IMG/VR virus record: IMGVR_UViG_3300030372_003714
Coordinates: 1-64,000 of that record
Strand: one strand, 5' to 3'
From: a virus
Taxonomy: Duplodnaviria > Caudoviricetes
Length of the DNA stretch: 64,000 bases
In this document: one piece after another, positions 37,763-48,341 of the stretch
Numbering within the stretch: the first letter of the stretch is position 1
Layout of the letters: every line of letters begins with the position of its first letter
The notes under the pieces: generated by a model
Seen by the model: only the letters and a program-made list of their open reading frames with translations
What the model was told of the DNA's origin: nothing
The model's database searches: none
Made by a program: the position numbers and the translations under genes

Positions 37763-39214
37763 TTAGCTGTTTGGAGCTGCCTTAGTACAAATCAATTCAC
37801 CACAAGCCATAGGATTTTTAATCATCACACCACACTCAGTTAACATGTGTACTGAGTAACCATCAAGATTATCAGAACGCATAGTGTTAACAGACTTAGC
37901 TGTATTTCCAAATGGATCTACAGAACCAGCAGTATGCCACATCATATCCTTAGAGTCTTTCTTATGTACTGCTTGGATGTTTGATTCTCCACCAGCCATA
38001 CCAAAGTCAAGGAATGTGAATCTGTAAGACTCTAATGGTCTTCCAGTATCAGCATGTAACTGTCTGTTGATAACTGTGTTGTCATATAATGGTAAGTGCT
38101 TAAGAGTAATCTTAGTACCATTTAATCCTAGGTAAGTTTTGAATTGTCCACCTAAAGACAAGTTTTGCCCGCTACCAGTAATGAATGTTGAATCAACAAG
38201 AGTCCAGTTTGAAGCTGCTGTTTTCATAGCTTTGTCGAATTCTGCGAATCCGTACTCACCTGTAAACGCAACAAACTCTCTTGAAGACTCAGGCATCACA
38301 TTATAAGATAGATCAATTAAGAAATCTCTGATGATTCCTTCTGATAAATCTGTATAGTAACGTCTGTTAGCAGGAGCAATTTGCTCTCTAATTCCTGCTC
38401 CTTCGTATACTGGAAGACCGTTGTTACCTAACATATCTGTAATACCATTAGCATTAGCAGAGAATGTTGAGTACCAGTATGATCTTTCAATTTCTCTATA
38501 CCACTGAGCCATTGCTTCCCACTCAGCGTATCTTGTCCACACTGTAGTTTTCTTTCCTGGGTTAGCAGGGTCAGCTAGTTGAATAACAAGAGCATCAGTT
38601 GCTGCTGATCTTGTTACTGTGTAAGATTTACGTAGAGTTGATAAATGATTTCTCATTTTAAATGGAGCACTGAAAGTCGTGTTACCACCAGTTGAGAATT
38701 CAGGAACTGTAGTATACTCTTTCGAGAACTGTGATCCTGCATCAATCAATAGTGGGTCCATGAATTTCGTTGGGTCTGGACTCGTTAATTTTAACGTGTA
38801 GATCCAATCTGATCCATCAAAATATGGATCTTCCATTACTCTTACTCTGTAATCTCTGTCATCCGCAACCAATACTTCTTGGTTAGCGAACCATTTTTCT
38901 CCGAACTTAACTCGGAATGTTGTACGGTTAAGCCCTGGTTGAGCTCCTCCGTCACCTAAGTTTCCAGTCACTGGAACTGCCTTTTCATCATCTCCTTGTA
39001 AGTGCCAGTCGTACTCTCTGTTTCCGATCTCAGAAGATCTTCCCATACCGCTAGTTAAATATTGGATTGGGTTAGATCCCTGCATTCCGAAGATACGAGT
39101 TACTAAAGTACTCATAACTTCCGGCTCAGTCAAATATGCTGACGAAAGGTGATTTTGTTGGGTCAAGCCCGAGTGCCACTTAGTTTTATAAAGTTGCAAT
39201 CCGTTTATAGCCAT
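37763..39214 (-). CDS. Major capsid protein (crAss-like HK97 fold)
   Basis: 483 aa; REYDWHL, GSQFSKEYTTVPE, MRNHLSTLRK, FTGEYGFAEF, DGYSVHMLTECGV; follows portal and scaffold-like genes. Confidence 0.9.
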   Translation of the reverse strand: MAINGLQLYKTKWHSGLTQQNHLSSAYLTEPEVMSTLVTRIFGMQGSNPIQYLTSGMGRSSEIGNREYDWHLQGDDEKAVPVTGNLGDGGAQPGLNRTTFRVKFGEKWFANQEVLVADDRDYRVRVMEDPYFDGSDWIYTLKLTSPDPTKFMDPLLIDAGSQFSKEYTTVPEFSTGGNTTFSAPFKMRNHLSTLRKSYTVTRSAATDALVIQLADPANPGKKTTVWTRYAEWEAMAQWYREIERSYWYSTFSANANGITDMLGNNGLPVYEGAGIREQIAPANRRYYTDLSEGIIRDFLIDLSYNVMPESSREFVAFTGEYGFAEFDKAMKTAASNWTLVDSTFITGSGQNLSLGGQFKTYLGLNGTKITLKHLPLYDNTVINRQLHADTGRPLESYRFTFLDFGMAGGESNIQAVHKKDSKDMMWHTAGSVDPFGNTAKSVNTMRSDNLDGYSVHMLTECGVMIKNPMACGELICTKAAPNS

Positions 39215-39242
39215 TCACTTTCTTTTTTTAGTTAAACATTAT

Positions 39243-40439
39243 TTAAATTTTAAGCGCGTTTTCAAACAAGCTGAAATCAATATCATTACCTGTAGCTTTT
39301 GTTCTAGTTTTACTCTTTAGTTTCTTTGATGAAACTCCAGAAGCTCGTTCTAGACTTGCTTTAAGTGAAGATGTTGCTTTTGTTCTAGCCTTTTTTTCAA
39401 CTTTTGAAAAATCAAACTTATTATAATATAACCAAGCCATCTTAAGCTGAGAATCTTGATCAGCTTCCGAATCCATTACTAATCTTGTTTTTCCTGTCTT
39501 CCTATCAGGTTTAGTTATATAATCATAGAAATCCTTTTTTGCTTTCTTAGATACTGGGAAACCAGCGATTTCTTCTCTGGATGCAATATCGTCTTTAAGA
39601 CTAGTAAGAAAATTTGTGTACTCAGCTTCTTTAGCTTGAGCAGATTCTTCTTGTTTTTTAAGAAGGTCTTTTCTTTCATTAGCTTGCATAGACTTTAATT
39701 TACTTAAAGCTCTGCTTGCTCTTTTCTCGATTAAACCTCCATCTACAAAATCTTGAATATCAGAAAGGATTTCATCCTGAGTGAAACCTTCACGTCTCAT
39801 TAGTTCTGCAACTAATTGCTTTTGTAAATTTTCTTTCCCCTTAACCATCTTTGGGTCAATTCGGCTAAAGTCAACATCACTTGTAGCTTTTACAAAATTT
39901 TGAGGATCTCCTCCTTTATCTATATACTCAATAAATTCTTGTGCTAAAGCAGGAAGGTCTTCTTTGTATTTACTTACACCTTTTTTTATTTCATTCTCAA
40001 TCAAAGATTTGATCCCATCTTCTGAGTCTTCAAATTCTTCGTCATCAAAATCAATAACACCTTCTTCCTTTAGGTAATTAGCAAGTACCCCAAGTTGTGA
40101 TACTTCCTCAGAATCAGATTCAGCAACAGATTCTTCTGCTACGTCTTCTTCTTCTACCATTTCTTCTTTATACGCGATTTCTAAATTATCAGCCGAAAGA
40201 GTTTCTTTTTTCTCCTCTTCCTTCTTCTCCTCTTTATCATCGTCCATATGTTCTACTTCATCAGTAGTGAGGTCTGTATTTGTTAAGTCTTTGACCCCTG
40301 TATCAGCACCTAAAGTTTCTGTTAAGTTTTCTTCTGGTACTGATGCGACTTCTTGTACTTCTAGATTCTCAGCTGGCATTATTTCTGCAGCCAAGTTTTT
40401 AAATCCGTCTAGTGGATTATCGTTTGTATTCTCTGACAT
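39243..40439 (-). CDS. Acidic scaffold-like head assembly protein
   Basis: Very Glu/Asp-rich N-half, helical, immediately upstream of MCP. Confidence 0.65.
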   Translation of the reverse strand: MSENTNDNPLDGFKNLAAEIMPAENLEVQEVASVPEENLTETLGADTGVKDLTNTDLTTDEVEHMDDDKEEKKEEEKKETLSADNLEIAYKEEMVEEEDVAEESVAESDSEEVSQLGVLANYLKEEGVIDFDDEEFEDSEDGIKSLIENEIKKGVSKYKEDLPALAQEFIEYIDKGGDPQNFVKATSDVDFSRIDPKMVKGKENLQKQLVAELMRREGFTQDEILSDIQDFVDGGLIEKRASRALSKLKSMQANERKDLLKKQEESAQAKEAEYTNFLTSLKDDIASREEIAGFPVSKKAKKDFYDYITKPDRKTGKTRLVMDSEADQDSQLKMAWLYYNKFDFSKVEKKARTKATSSLKASLERASGVSSKKLKSKTRTKATGNDIDFSLFENALKI

Positions 40440-40464
40440 AATAATATTAGTTTTTTGAATTCGA

Positions 40465-40472
40465 CAAAAATA
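40465..40472 (-). promoter_or_regulatory. Bacteroidota-type -7 promoter box (TATTTTTG)
   Basis: 26 nt upstream of the scaffold start codon; likely drives the capsid operon. Confidence 0.65.
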
Positions 40473-40542
40473 TATTTAATTAATTACATAAAAAAACCTT
40501 TTAACAGGAAAAAATAAATTTTTTATTGTTTATTATAGCTTT

Positions 40543-41592
40543 TTATTCATATCTATAAATCTCATTTTTCTTTACAAAGTTTTCAAAACCATAATTTACA
40601 TCATTCCACTTAGAGGTCATATAGCCTTTTTTGTGTTTATATGGAGTTGAATAATCTTTTTTGTATGTACCTCTATCCATATTCCACAGTACATACATTT
40701 TAGTTTCGTTGTTCATTTTCTTATACCAAGTTGACCATCCTGCTTTTTTATCTTCAGCAGATAATGATTTCCAGAATATATCAAAATTAGTTGGGCCCAT
40801 ATTATATGCAGCAAATGTTCTAGCTTTTCTTTCTTCTGTTGTTGTAGCAGATTTTACATTACTTCTATCTTCATATATATAATCCATATAACGTCTTTGA
40901 GCTAATGCTTGAGCAGCTGGATCTGTTATCTTAGCTGTCTCTGGAATCCATCCTTTTTCTTTTGCCCATTTAAATGTGCTTGGTAAAAACTGTGCTACAC
41001 CCATTGCTCCTGCATCTGAAACTACAGAATTCTTTCCACCAGATTCTTTCCATATTTGAGCTTGGAATTCTTCTTCAGTAAAATATGGATTAGTATAGTT
41101 CTCTAACTGTCGGTTTACTAGACTTTGATTTATTGCACTATAAGTCTTATTACCCCAAGCACCATCAACAGTAATATTTCTACCTTCTGATACTGCTAGG
41201 TTTTGTTGATCTGTAATATATTCAGTATCATCTTTTTTAGATCTATAATGATCTATATCTGCCCATCCATATTTATTAACTTTAAAATTTGATTTTTTTA
41301 ATTCTTCTGGAATAACTGGACCTATACCACTGAAGTATGGATCTTCTTGTGTAGCCTCTGTAACAGGTATTTGTTGTTCTATTAAACCAACATTTGCTCG
41401 TAGTTCTCTTGGATCAACAGTAGGTACAGGATCTTTAGTACCATATTCTGCTTTAATTCTTTTTCTCCATTCAGGATTAGCCCCAACAAAACCTGATATT
41501 TTTGGCATAGATGGAACCTCCTTTTTAGGAGAACTTTCAAGGTTTCCTCCAAATCTTGCTTTTCTATATTCTGAAAATAACTTACTGTGCAT
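40543..41592 (-). CDS. Lytic transglycosylase (SLT family)
   Basis: Catalytic motif QIWKESGG, GAMGVAQFLPST, AAYNMGP; upstream 'VDGAWGNKT' resembles a peptidoglycan-binding motif. Confidence 0.85.
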   Translation of the reverse strand: MHSKLFSEYRKARFGGNLESSPKKEVPSMPKISGFVGANPEWRKRIKAEYGTKDPVPTVDPRELRANVGLIEQQIPVTEATQEDPYFSGIGPVIPEELKKSNFKVNKYGWADIDHYRSKKDDTEYITDQQNLAVSEGRNITVDGAWGNKTYSAINQSLVNRQLENYTNPYFTEEEFQAQIWKESGGKNSVVSDAGAMGVAQFLPSTFKWAKEKGWIPETAKITDPAAQALAQRRYMDYIYEDRSNVKSATTTEERKARTFAAYNMGPTNFDIFWKSLSAEDKKAGWSTWYKKMNNETKMYVLWNMDRGTYKKDYSTPYKHKKGYMTSKWNDVNYGFENFVKKNEIYRYE

Positions 41593-44074
41593 TCGGTTTC
41601 TTTTTAGCTGCTGTTCTCTTTATAGCTTCTTCTGCTTTATTGGCCCTCTTCTTTTCATTTAGCTCAGCTTTTTTCAATCCTAATTCACCTTGCATTTTTT
41701 CTCTTTGTAGTGCCATATCTGCATTACTCTTGGCTTCAGCTACTCCTGCTTCAGCTTCTTTATGATCTACATAACCATCATTATTTTCATCAGCGTCTAT
41801 CATTTTTGCCTCAGCATTAATCATAGCAACTTTGATTTTAGTTTCATTATCTTGTAGATTACGAGCATCTTCTCTAGCCTCTTTCTCTTGCTCCATCTGC
41901 ATTTGCATTTGCTGTTGTTGTTGAGCAGCTTGTTGTTCTGCTTGTTGAGCTTGAGCTTGCTTTTTCTCCATTTCTGATTGAGCTGTTTCTAACATTTTTC
42001 TAACCTTAGTCATAGACTCAGATTGTAAAATAGTAGCCACATCTGTAAAGCTTACTACTCCTGCTTGTAATGCTGCTTGAGCTAAAGACTTCAATGATTC
42101 TAATGCTCTATCATCTTTAGAAGAATTTGAAACAAATACTCCATAACTAGAATTAGTAAAGTCTTCTGCATCTATATTTAAAAAAGTTCTCATCATATCA
42201 TCTCCTAGATATTGAATCTTTTTTCCTGTTCTATAAGACATTTTAGCTACATCTAATAATGCAGTTAATACTCTTTTCTTACATTCATTATGAGAATAGA
42301 ACCAGAATTCAGTAATATGTGAAGACTGTACTACAGCTCTTTCAGTGTTACCTACTAATTCTGATGTTTGTACTTGACCTTGTCTTTGTCTACTAACTCC
42401 TGATAATTCACCAAGTTCAGTTTTAATTGCATCTAGTAATTGTACATGAGTATTAATATAATTACCCATAGATAAATCTATACTTTGGAATTGATTAAAT
42501 GGAGCTGCATCTCTAGATCTATTTCCTTCTTCTCTAGAATTAATAAACATTACTCCCATAGATTCTAAGTAATACATCCATTTAGATACATCCCATCCTT
42601 CAGACGCAGGTATTTGAGAAATATCCATTAATGCTACTTTACCTTTTGATTTAGCTATAGCTAATTCTGTTCTATAGTAAATAATATTATATAGATATTG
42701 GAAAGGCTTCATTCTATCAATTAATGAAATAGATTCTGAATTTCTTTCATTATAGATATAACCAACATATCCTGATTTTACATCACTAGGATTAGACATA
42801 TCTCTACGTTGGTTTTTCTTAGGCTTAACATTACAATAAATATCTTCTCCAATTTTAGTACCTTCCCAATACTCACTTATCCAATACCACTTCAGTTCTA
42901 CGCCATCAAAGAAATAAGATCTTCCTTTCTTTTCAGCATAATCCGGCACTTCAAATATTTCATCTACAACATCTTCTTGCGCCTGTCCTTGAGCATCAAA
43001 ATAAGAAACAATTCCAATTTTTCTCATAGACTTCCATTCTACTTGTAGAACTCTAATCATTCCATTTCTTCGATACTGTCTAATTTGTCCAGGATCAAAA
43101 ACTCCACTACCTACTGTATCTAATCTTTCATAGTTAACTATATTAAACTCGCTATATGGATAATTTAAACCATTACTTTCCATATTATCATTTCTTCCAT
43201 CTGGTCCTCTTTCGAGTTTATCAATCTCAGAAGGTTCTAAATCTTGATAAAATTCGTCAATGACTGTAGATAAAGTTAACCATCTCTCTTCTATTACTGC
43301 TTGTGAGTCTTCTATCCACGGAGAATCTGGATCTAAAATTACTCTTACGTCTAATGGATTTACTAATCTAACTGTAGGATTTCCTGATATATCTCCTACC
43401 CAATAAATTTCTTCACCAGCAATTAATGCATCTTTAAATCCTTGATTAAACTTAAGCTCTAAATCATCCTCTCTCGTTAAAAACTCTAATATACTTTGAG
43501 CAGTTATTTCTTTTATATCTCTATATTCATAGTTAATATATTTTTCAATTTGAGCTGGAGTTTTTGGTTGATAAGTTGCCGCGGCTTCAGGATCTGTTTG
43601 TTGTAATTGTTGAAGTTCTTGTTGTTGAGCTGCCTCGTCTTCTGGGCTAACAACCACAGAATATAGATACTGCATCATCATCTCTTTCTTCATCTCTTCT
43701 AATTTTGAAATAGCATCGGGATCATGAGATACTACTTTAAAATTAAATGGACGTTTTATTTCTTCACCAATTAATAATTGAAGTTTTGGAGAGATAATAT
43801 CATAATGCTGCATCTGTGCAGGGAATTCTCCTTCATTAAATCCAAAAGGATTTAGTACATATTGAAAATCTTGTTGATCTAGTTTACCATTAAACAAATC
43901 ATAATTAATTTGTTTTTTAAATCTAGAAGATCTTCCATTATAATTTATATCTCCATACGTTATTTTTTCAAGCTCATCAATACATGTACGAGCCCACTTC
44001 TTGCCTTTCTTATTTCGAGGTAATTTCTGTCTAGGCAGATCCCCCAAAATATATGATCCCATGTTTTCTTCCAT
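41582..44074 (-). CDS. Portal protein
   Basis: 830 aa directly downstream of terminase; HYDIISPKLQLLIGEE, FKDALIAGEEIY, SLIDRMKPFQYLYN, LSGVSRQRQG; Gln-rich C-terminal coiled coil. Confidence 0.9.
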   Translation of the reverse strand: MEENMGSYILGDLPRQKLPRNKKGKKWARTCIDELEKITYGDINYNGRSSRFKKQINYDLFNGKLDQQDFQYVLNPFGFNEGEFPAQMQHYDIISPKLQLLIGEEIKRPFNFKVVSHDPDAISKLEEMKKEMMMQYLYSVVVSPEDEAAQQQELQQLQQTDPEAAATYQPKTPAQIEKYINYEYRDIKEITAQSILEFLTREDDLELKFNQGFKDALIAGEEIYWVGDISGNPTVRLVNPLDVRVILDPDSPWIEDSQAVIEERWLTLSTVIDEFYQDLEPSEIDKLERGPDGRNDNMESNGLNYPYSEFNIVNYERLDTVGSGVFDPGQIRQYRRNGMIRVLQVEWKSMRKIGIVSYFDAQGQAQEDVVDEIFEVPDYAEKKGRSYFFDGVELKWYWISEYWEGTKIGEDIYCNVKPKKNQRRDMSNPSDVKSGYVGYIYNERNSESISLIDRMKPFQYLYNIIYYRTELAIAKSKGKVALMDISQIPASEGWDVSKWMYYLESMGVMFINSREEGNRSRDAAPFNQFQSIDLSMGNYINTHVQLLDAIKTELGELSGVSRQRQGQVQTSELVGNTERAVVQSSHITEFWFYSHNECKKRVLTALLDVAKMSYRTGKKIQYLGDDMMRTFLNIDAEDFTNSSYGVFVSNSSKDDRALESLKSLAQAALQAGVVSFTDVATILQSESMTKVRKMLETAQSEMEKKQAQAQQAEQQAAQQQQQMQMQMEQEKEAREDARNLQDNETKIKVAMINAEAKMIDADENNDGYVDHKEAEAGVAEAKSNADMALQREKMQGELGLKKAELNEKKRANKAEEAIKRTAAKKKPNAQ

Positions 44075-44095
44075 TATCCGTAATTAATTAATTTA

Positions 44096-44103
44096 CAAAA
44101 ATA
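44096..44103 (-). promoter_or_regulatory. Bacteroidota-type -7 promoter box (TATTTTTG)
   Basis: In the terminase-portal gap, 22 nt upstream of the portal start codon. Confidence 0.65.
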
Positions 44104-44126
44104 TATAAATTTATTTAAAAATTAGT

Positions 44127-46145
44127 TTAAAATCTTACTTTTCTCTTTTTAAAGTGAGATGTGCGCCAAAATTTATCACCTAAGCCGTAGTCAAACTGGG
44201 CTTCTAAATCAATATGATAGTTTTCATGTGAGTGTAAAATACATAACATAAACGCTATTGCGCGGTCAAAGTTACCATCTTTATCATATGCTATCAATTC
44301 TTTTAGTAATGGTATAGACAATATAGAATGTAAATTTAATTTATCATTACCATCTTCACCATCGGCTCTTTTTTCTAGCAACCAATCTCTTAAATATATT
44401 TCAGCTTGCACCTTTATTGGCTGACTCATGTGTACTCCATATCCTCTAGCTACTGTAGTTCTATTTACAATATCTTTTAAAATACTTGGTTGAGACTTCA
44501 ATAAATGTAAACACTTTTTTTGCTCAAAATATATCTTCAAACCTTTTAAGTTATTTTCATATAAGGTTTGCGCATTGTAATATGTGAGAAGTTTTCTAAT
44601 ATTCTCATAATATTCTTTTGCGGTTTCTGGTCTACCAGTATATTCTGCTACTGGTAAATTATAAGTTTTATCAAACTTTTGGAATGTCTTATAAATAAAA
44701 GTACTTCCCAAAGAGCTCGTTGTAGAATCGTCTTGATCATAAGGGTCAGTTCCTGCAATATACAATCCAAACGGACTACTACCAGAATCATCTCTATAAG
44801 GATGTTCCCATATAACAATACATCCTTGTTTATCTTCGTTTGGTTTTAATGGGAATTTATTAATAGGTTTTAAATCATTATTAGGCATCCATTTTACTGT
44901 ATCCTTTTCCCAATATAACTCACCTACCATAGCCATGTCTTGTGCTTTTTTAGTAACTTCAAGTTCAGCTAGCCAAGCATTTAATTCAATAGTAGGGAAT
45001 ATATTTCCGCTTGTTTTTAAGAAAGCTTCTCTTGGAGTCTTTGGTGACTGTGTGATATATTTTTCCCAAGTAGTTCTAGAATCTGTAGTTTTTAATATCC
45101 TGCGCTCTTGATCTAAAAATGTTTCAGCCGCTTCTCTATTAGAGTTACCATCTTCATCTACCATACTAACTACCTCGCCCGTTTTCTCTATTGTAACCTT
45201 TCCAGGCTTATACCACATATCATCAATAAAAAATCCAGCATTAGTTCCAAGACCTCCATCATCCCAAATATTCTCATAAGGTCTTAACCAATACTTTTCT
45301 GGATTGTAAAACATCTCAGCAAAATCATTAGATCCACCATCCATGTCACCCCCTGTTCCAAAGATAAGAGGCATACCAATCATAACATTACCATCTCTAA
45401 ATACTGGAGCTGTTACCATATATGCATTTATAAGATTAGGGAATTTTCCAGCCTCCTCGAATAACATAAGGTCTGCTGTTTTACCAATAGCTGCCGAGAA
45501 GTTATCCTTAAACGTTAGTGTAAATATTTCACTATTATATCCATTCCAAACTTCCTGGCCATCTACCACTTCTTTAAACCTGGCTTTTACAAAATCTCGT
45601 CTATCTGGATTTCTACGCTTTGCCCATGCGGTATGTTTATTTATAAAGTTTAACATTTCAAATGCCATACTCATAGTAGCTCCAGAATATTCATTTAAAT
45701 AAGCTCCAATAATACTTGTAGAATCTCTAAAGAAATTATATTGATATACACATAATGCCCCGTTCTTATATGAGAATCCCTTACGTCGGGCTTTTGCTAC
45801 AATTATTCCTTGCCCGTTTTGTCTAGCTAATTCTACCTCCATAAAATAATAATAGTCCATATCTAGAAAAGAAGGGAATGTTAAGATCTTTCTTTCTATT
45901 TTACCCTGCTTTACTGTTGCTTTAATCTGTGTAAAATTTAAATAAAAATAATGAGCACCTGTAATTCTAACTCCTCCTATTTCATAACCATCCATACATC
46001 TACGGGTTTGTTCATCCCAATATTCTCTATATGCATAGGTGCCTGGAGGAGAGTTAGTATAATATCCATTCTTTATGAAGTTTTTAGCTTCACAAGAAAA
46101 CTCTCTTGTATTAACAAAATGTGGTACTATTTGGAAGTGATTCAT
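44127..46145 (-). CDS. terL: Terminase large subunit
   Basis: Walker A KARRKGFS, Walker B LFEEAG, FGTGG coupling motif, nuclease GTDPYDQD and NFDRAIA. Confidence 0.93.
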   Translation of the reverse strand: MNHFQIVPHFVNTREFSCEAKNFIKNGYYTNSPPGTYAYREYWDEQTRRCMDGYEIGGVRITGAHYFYLNFTQIKATVKQGKIERKILTFPSFLDMDYYYFMEVELARQNGQGIIVAKARRKGFSYKNGALCVYQYNFFRDSTSIIGAYLNEYSGATMSMAFEMLNFINKHTAWAKRRNPDRRDFVKARFKEVVDGQEVWNGYNSEIFTLTFKDNFSAAIGKTADLMLFEEAGKFPNLINAYMVTAPVFRDGNVMIGMPLIFGTGGDMDGGSNDFAEMFYNPEKYWLRPYENIWDDGGLGTNAGFFIDDMWYKPGKVTIEKTGEVVSMVDEDGNSNREAAETFLDQERRILKTTDSRTTWEKYITQSPKTPREAFLKTSGNIFPTIELNAWLAELEVTKKAQDMAMVGELYWEKDTVKWMPNNDLKPINKFPLKPNEDKQGCIVIWEHPYRDDSGSSPFGLYIAGTDPYDQDDSTTSSLGSTFIYKTFQKFDKTYNLPVAEYTGRPETAKEYYENIRKLLTYYNAQTLYENNLKGLKIYFEQKKCLHLLKSQPSILKDIVNRTTVARGYGVHMSQPIKVQAEIYLRDWLLEKRADGEDGNDKLNLHSILSIPLLKELIAYDKDGNFDRAIAFMLCILHSHENYHIDLEAQFDYGLGDKFWRTSHFKKRKVRF

Positions 46146-46146
46146 A

Positions 46147-46476
46147 CTATTTAAATTTATACATTGCAGAAAACGAATTAGCTACAGGAGTGTTTACTAC
46201 TAATTTAAATCCAGGAGGCATAATAAGCTCGTCTTCAAAAAATTCTATACCTGCCCCATCTAAAATAGTTATTCTATAACATAAAAAAAACTCTCTAATA
46301 TTAGTAGGATTAGTGTCTTGCTTTATAGATATATCTATCTCTAGATCTCCACCAGATATATTAGCTATTCTTAAAAAACTAAGCTCTTTATTATTTGTAG
46401 GTATTTCTATATCCCCAGGTCCTGTTCTATGATTGAACAATCCTTGACTCTCATTTATTTCTCCTGTTACTGCCAT
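46147..46476 (-). CDS. Hypothetical protein
   Basis: 109-aa beta-rich ORF in operon orientation. Confidence 0.55.
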   Translation of the reverse strand: MAVTGEINESQGLFNHRTGPGDIEIPTNNKELSFLRIANISGGDLEIDISIKQDTNPTNIREFFLCYRITILDGAGIEFFEDELIMPPGFKLVVNTPVANSFSAMYKFK

Positions 46477-46488
46477 TATTATATTATT

Positions 46489-47514
46489 TTAAGTTAGAGT
46501 TTGATCTACATTTGTTCTTAAGTTAACTACATTTACTAATGTATATTCAACTTGAAAATACATATCTGGCTGTTTAACAGCATTTATTACAGAAGGAGTA
46601 CTTAAAAGCAAAGGTTTATTTGTTACTGGACCTAACATTGGTGTTCCATGTTTTTCTGCATCTAGTGTTACTTGATACCACCAATCTAGTGGATTTGAAC
46701 ATATTACAACTTGCCTTGGTATTCCACCTATAATCCTATCAGCATTTGCTCCTCCAGAAGCTCGCCAACCAAATTGAATAGGATAACTACCCGAACTCCA
46801 TCCTGATCCTACTGTACCTAATTTATTTACTAATATACTTCTAATATACATTACTTGGTTTGGTCCTGGGGTTGGAGTAATAGCTATACCGTTAGCAAGA
46901 CCAGCTCCTGTTGGCCATCCCGACGGGTCTGTTGCGGCTGTACTACCAACTACTTTAGTAGTATAGATTCTGCTTGCTTGTACAACCTTACCATTTTTAC
47001 CAAAACCTGCTGTAGTTTTAAGTAGGTTTTCTTCTAATTCCATACCTAAGAAATTAGCAGCATTGGTATAAGCTCCCATCTTAACATATCTAGGTCCAGA
47101 TCCTCCTTCAACAAAAAAGTTTTGCTCAGTAGTTACTCCAATATTTAATTCATTTCTTGCCCTTAATGTTCCATTTACATCCATAGCAGATCCAGGAGTC
47201 TGTGTTCTAAAACCAACAGTTCTATTGTCTGTATTTATATACAATGTTTCTTGAGCTGTAGCATCAGAACCTATTTTTACAACACTCCCTGTATCTGTAA
47301 TTTCAGAATCACCTAATGTTGTTGGATTAATCCATTTAGCAACAGTGTCTCCTGTACCGGTTCCCCCTACAGTTCCCATTGTACCAGTACCTAATTTACC
47401 ATCAGGTTCTACAACAACAGCATCTGTAGAAGTAGAGGCATCTAATTTTTTTAGATACACATAATTTCTAAATGTAGAAATCCAATCAAATACATATTCC
47501 CCTATTCTTTTCAT
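46489..47514 (-). CDS. Putative fibre/structural protein
   Basis: GTGDTVAKW...LGDSEITDTGSVVKIG and VGFRTQTPGSAMDVNG segments resemble Bacteroidota-phage fibre repeats. Confidence 0.45.
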   Translation of the reverse strand: MKRIGEYVFDWISTFRNYVYLKKLDASTSTDAVVVEPDGKLGTGTMGTVGGTGTGDTVAKWINPTTLGDSEITDTGSVVKIGSDATAQETLYINTDNRTVGFRTQTPGSAMDVNGTLRARNELNIGVTTEQNFFVEGGSGPRYVKMGAYTNAANFLGMELEENLLKTTAGFGKNGKVVQASRIYTTKVVGSTAATDPSGWPTGAGLANGIAITPTPGPNQVMYIRSILVNKLGTVGSGWSSGSYPIQFGWRASGGANADRIIGGIPRQVVICSNPLDWWYQVTLDAEKHGTPMLGPVTNKPLLLSTPSVINAVKQPDMYFQVEYTLVNVVNLRTNVDQTLT

Positions 47515-47988
47515 CTACATTTCTCTATTTTCATATACAACTTTTCCGTCTCTTTTTAAAGCTACTGTTAGTTTTTTTCTATTTTCTCTATGAGTCACAT
47601 AACTAACGTGTATCCAGTTAGGGTTTTCTTCATCTCCAAACTCCCATATTAACTGATCAAAATCTAGATGCTCTTTTATAAAATGATACATTTCGGCATT
47701 ACTACATCTTCCAAATGTATCATCAAGATCCATTGCTTGACCTTTCATATGCTGTGATCGCTTACTTCCACCAATAGCAGTATTAACAGGTTCTCCCCTG
47801 AAAAAACTATTTATTTTTATTGGTCCTCCTACATACGCACGTAATGGTTCGAATACATTTTCTGCAATCTCTTTCATACACTTAAGCTGTTCTGTGTTTG
47901 GAACATTTTCCAATCCTAGTCTATCTGCAGTTCTACTACGAACTCCTTCACGATAACTTACATGTTCACTAATTCTACCTAACTTCAT
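47515..47988 (-). CDS. Endolysin, peptidase M15A family
   Basis: ISEHVSYRE, VFEPLR, INSFFR, SQHMKGQAMD (H-x6-D), QLIWE, WIHVS. Confidence 0.9.
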   Translation of the reverse strand: MKLGRISEHVSYREGVRSRTADRLGLENVPNTEQLKCMKEIAENVFEPLRAYVGGPIKINSFFRGEPVNTAIGGSKRSQHMKGQAMDLDDTFGRCSNAEMYHFIKEHLDFDQLIWEFGDEENPNWIHVSYVTHRENRKKLTVALKRDGKVVYENREM

Positions 47989-48101
47989 TACGCTTTACAA
48001 CATTTATCTCCTGCATCACATACTTCAGGTTTTATACACCATTCTAAACAAACTAAACCAAAGGTTATAGCTTTTATCCATTTACAAAATTTAACTTTCA
48101 T
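47988..48101 (-). CDS. Small Cys-rich peptide (37 aa), below the ORF-track cutoff
   Basis: MKVKFCKWIKAITFGLVCLEWCIKPEVCDAGDKCCKA; its TAA overlaps the endolysin ATG. Confidence 0.55.
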   Translation of the reverse strand: MKVKFCKWIKAITFGLVCLEWCIKPEVCDAGDKCCKA

Positions 48102-48106
48102 TATTT

Positions 48107-48331
48107 CTATTTTTTTGCGAATTTTTCAATACCCGCTATTCCAAAACATCCTAATACTAAGAATAGGAACGAGTCATAAACAAATTCATTTATTACTAAA
48201 TCTTTACCACACCAACCTGTAATCATATCGGCTAGCATTATTAAAATCATAATCACAAATGCAATAAAGCCTACAATAGCTTTTTCATTCCAGTCATTAT
48301 CATCTTTGAATATCTCTAAAAATTTTTTCAT
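48107..48331 (-). CDS. Two-TM membrane protein, putative holin
   Basis: Two hydrophobic helices, charged termini, near the endolysin. Confidence 0.55.
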   Translation of the reverse strand: MKKFLEIFKDDNDWNEKAIVGFIAFVIMILIMLADMITGWCGKDLVINEFVYDSFLFLVLGCFGIAGIEKFAKK

Positions 48332-48341
48332 TAATATCTAT

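Noticed and set aside
16723-47517. Stop-codon reassignment as in some crAss-like phages
   Set aside because: Long ORFs are intact under the standard code. TAG at 47515-47517 is immediately followed by the next ATG, and TGA at 16723-16725 overlaps the next start, so both behave as real stops.
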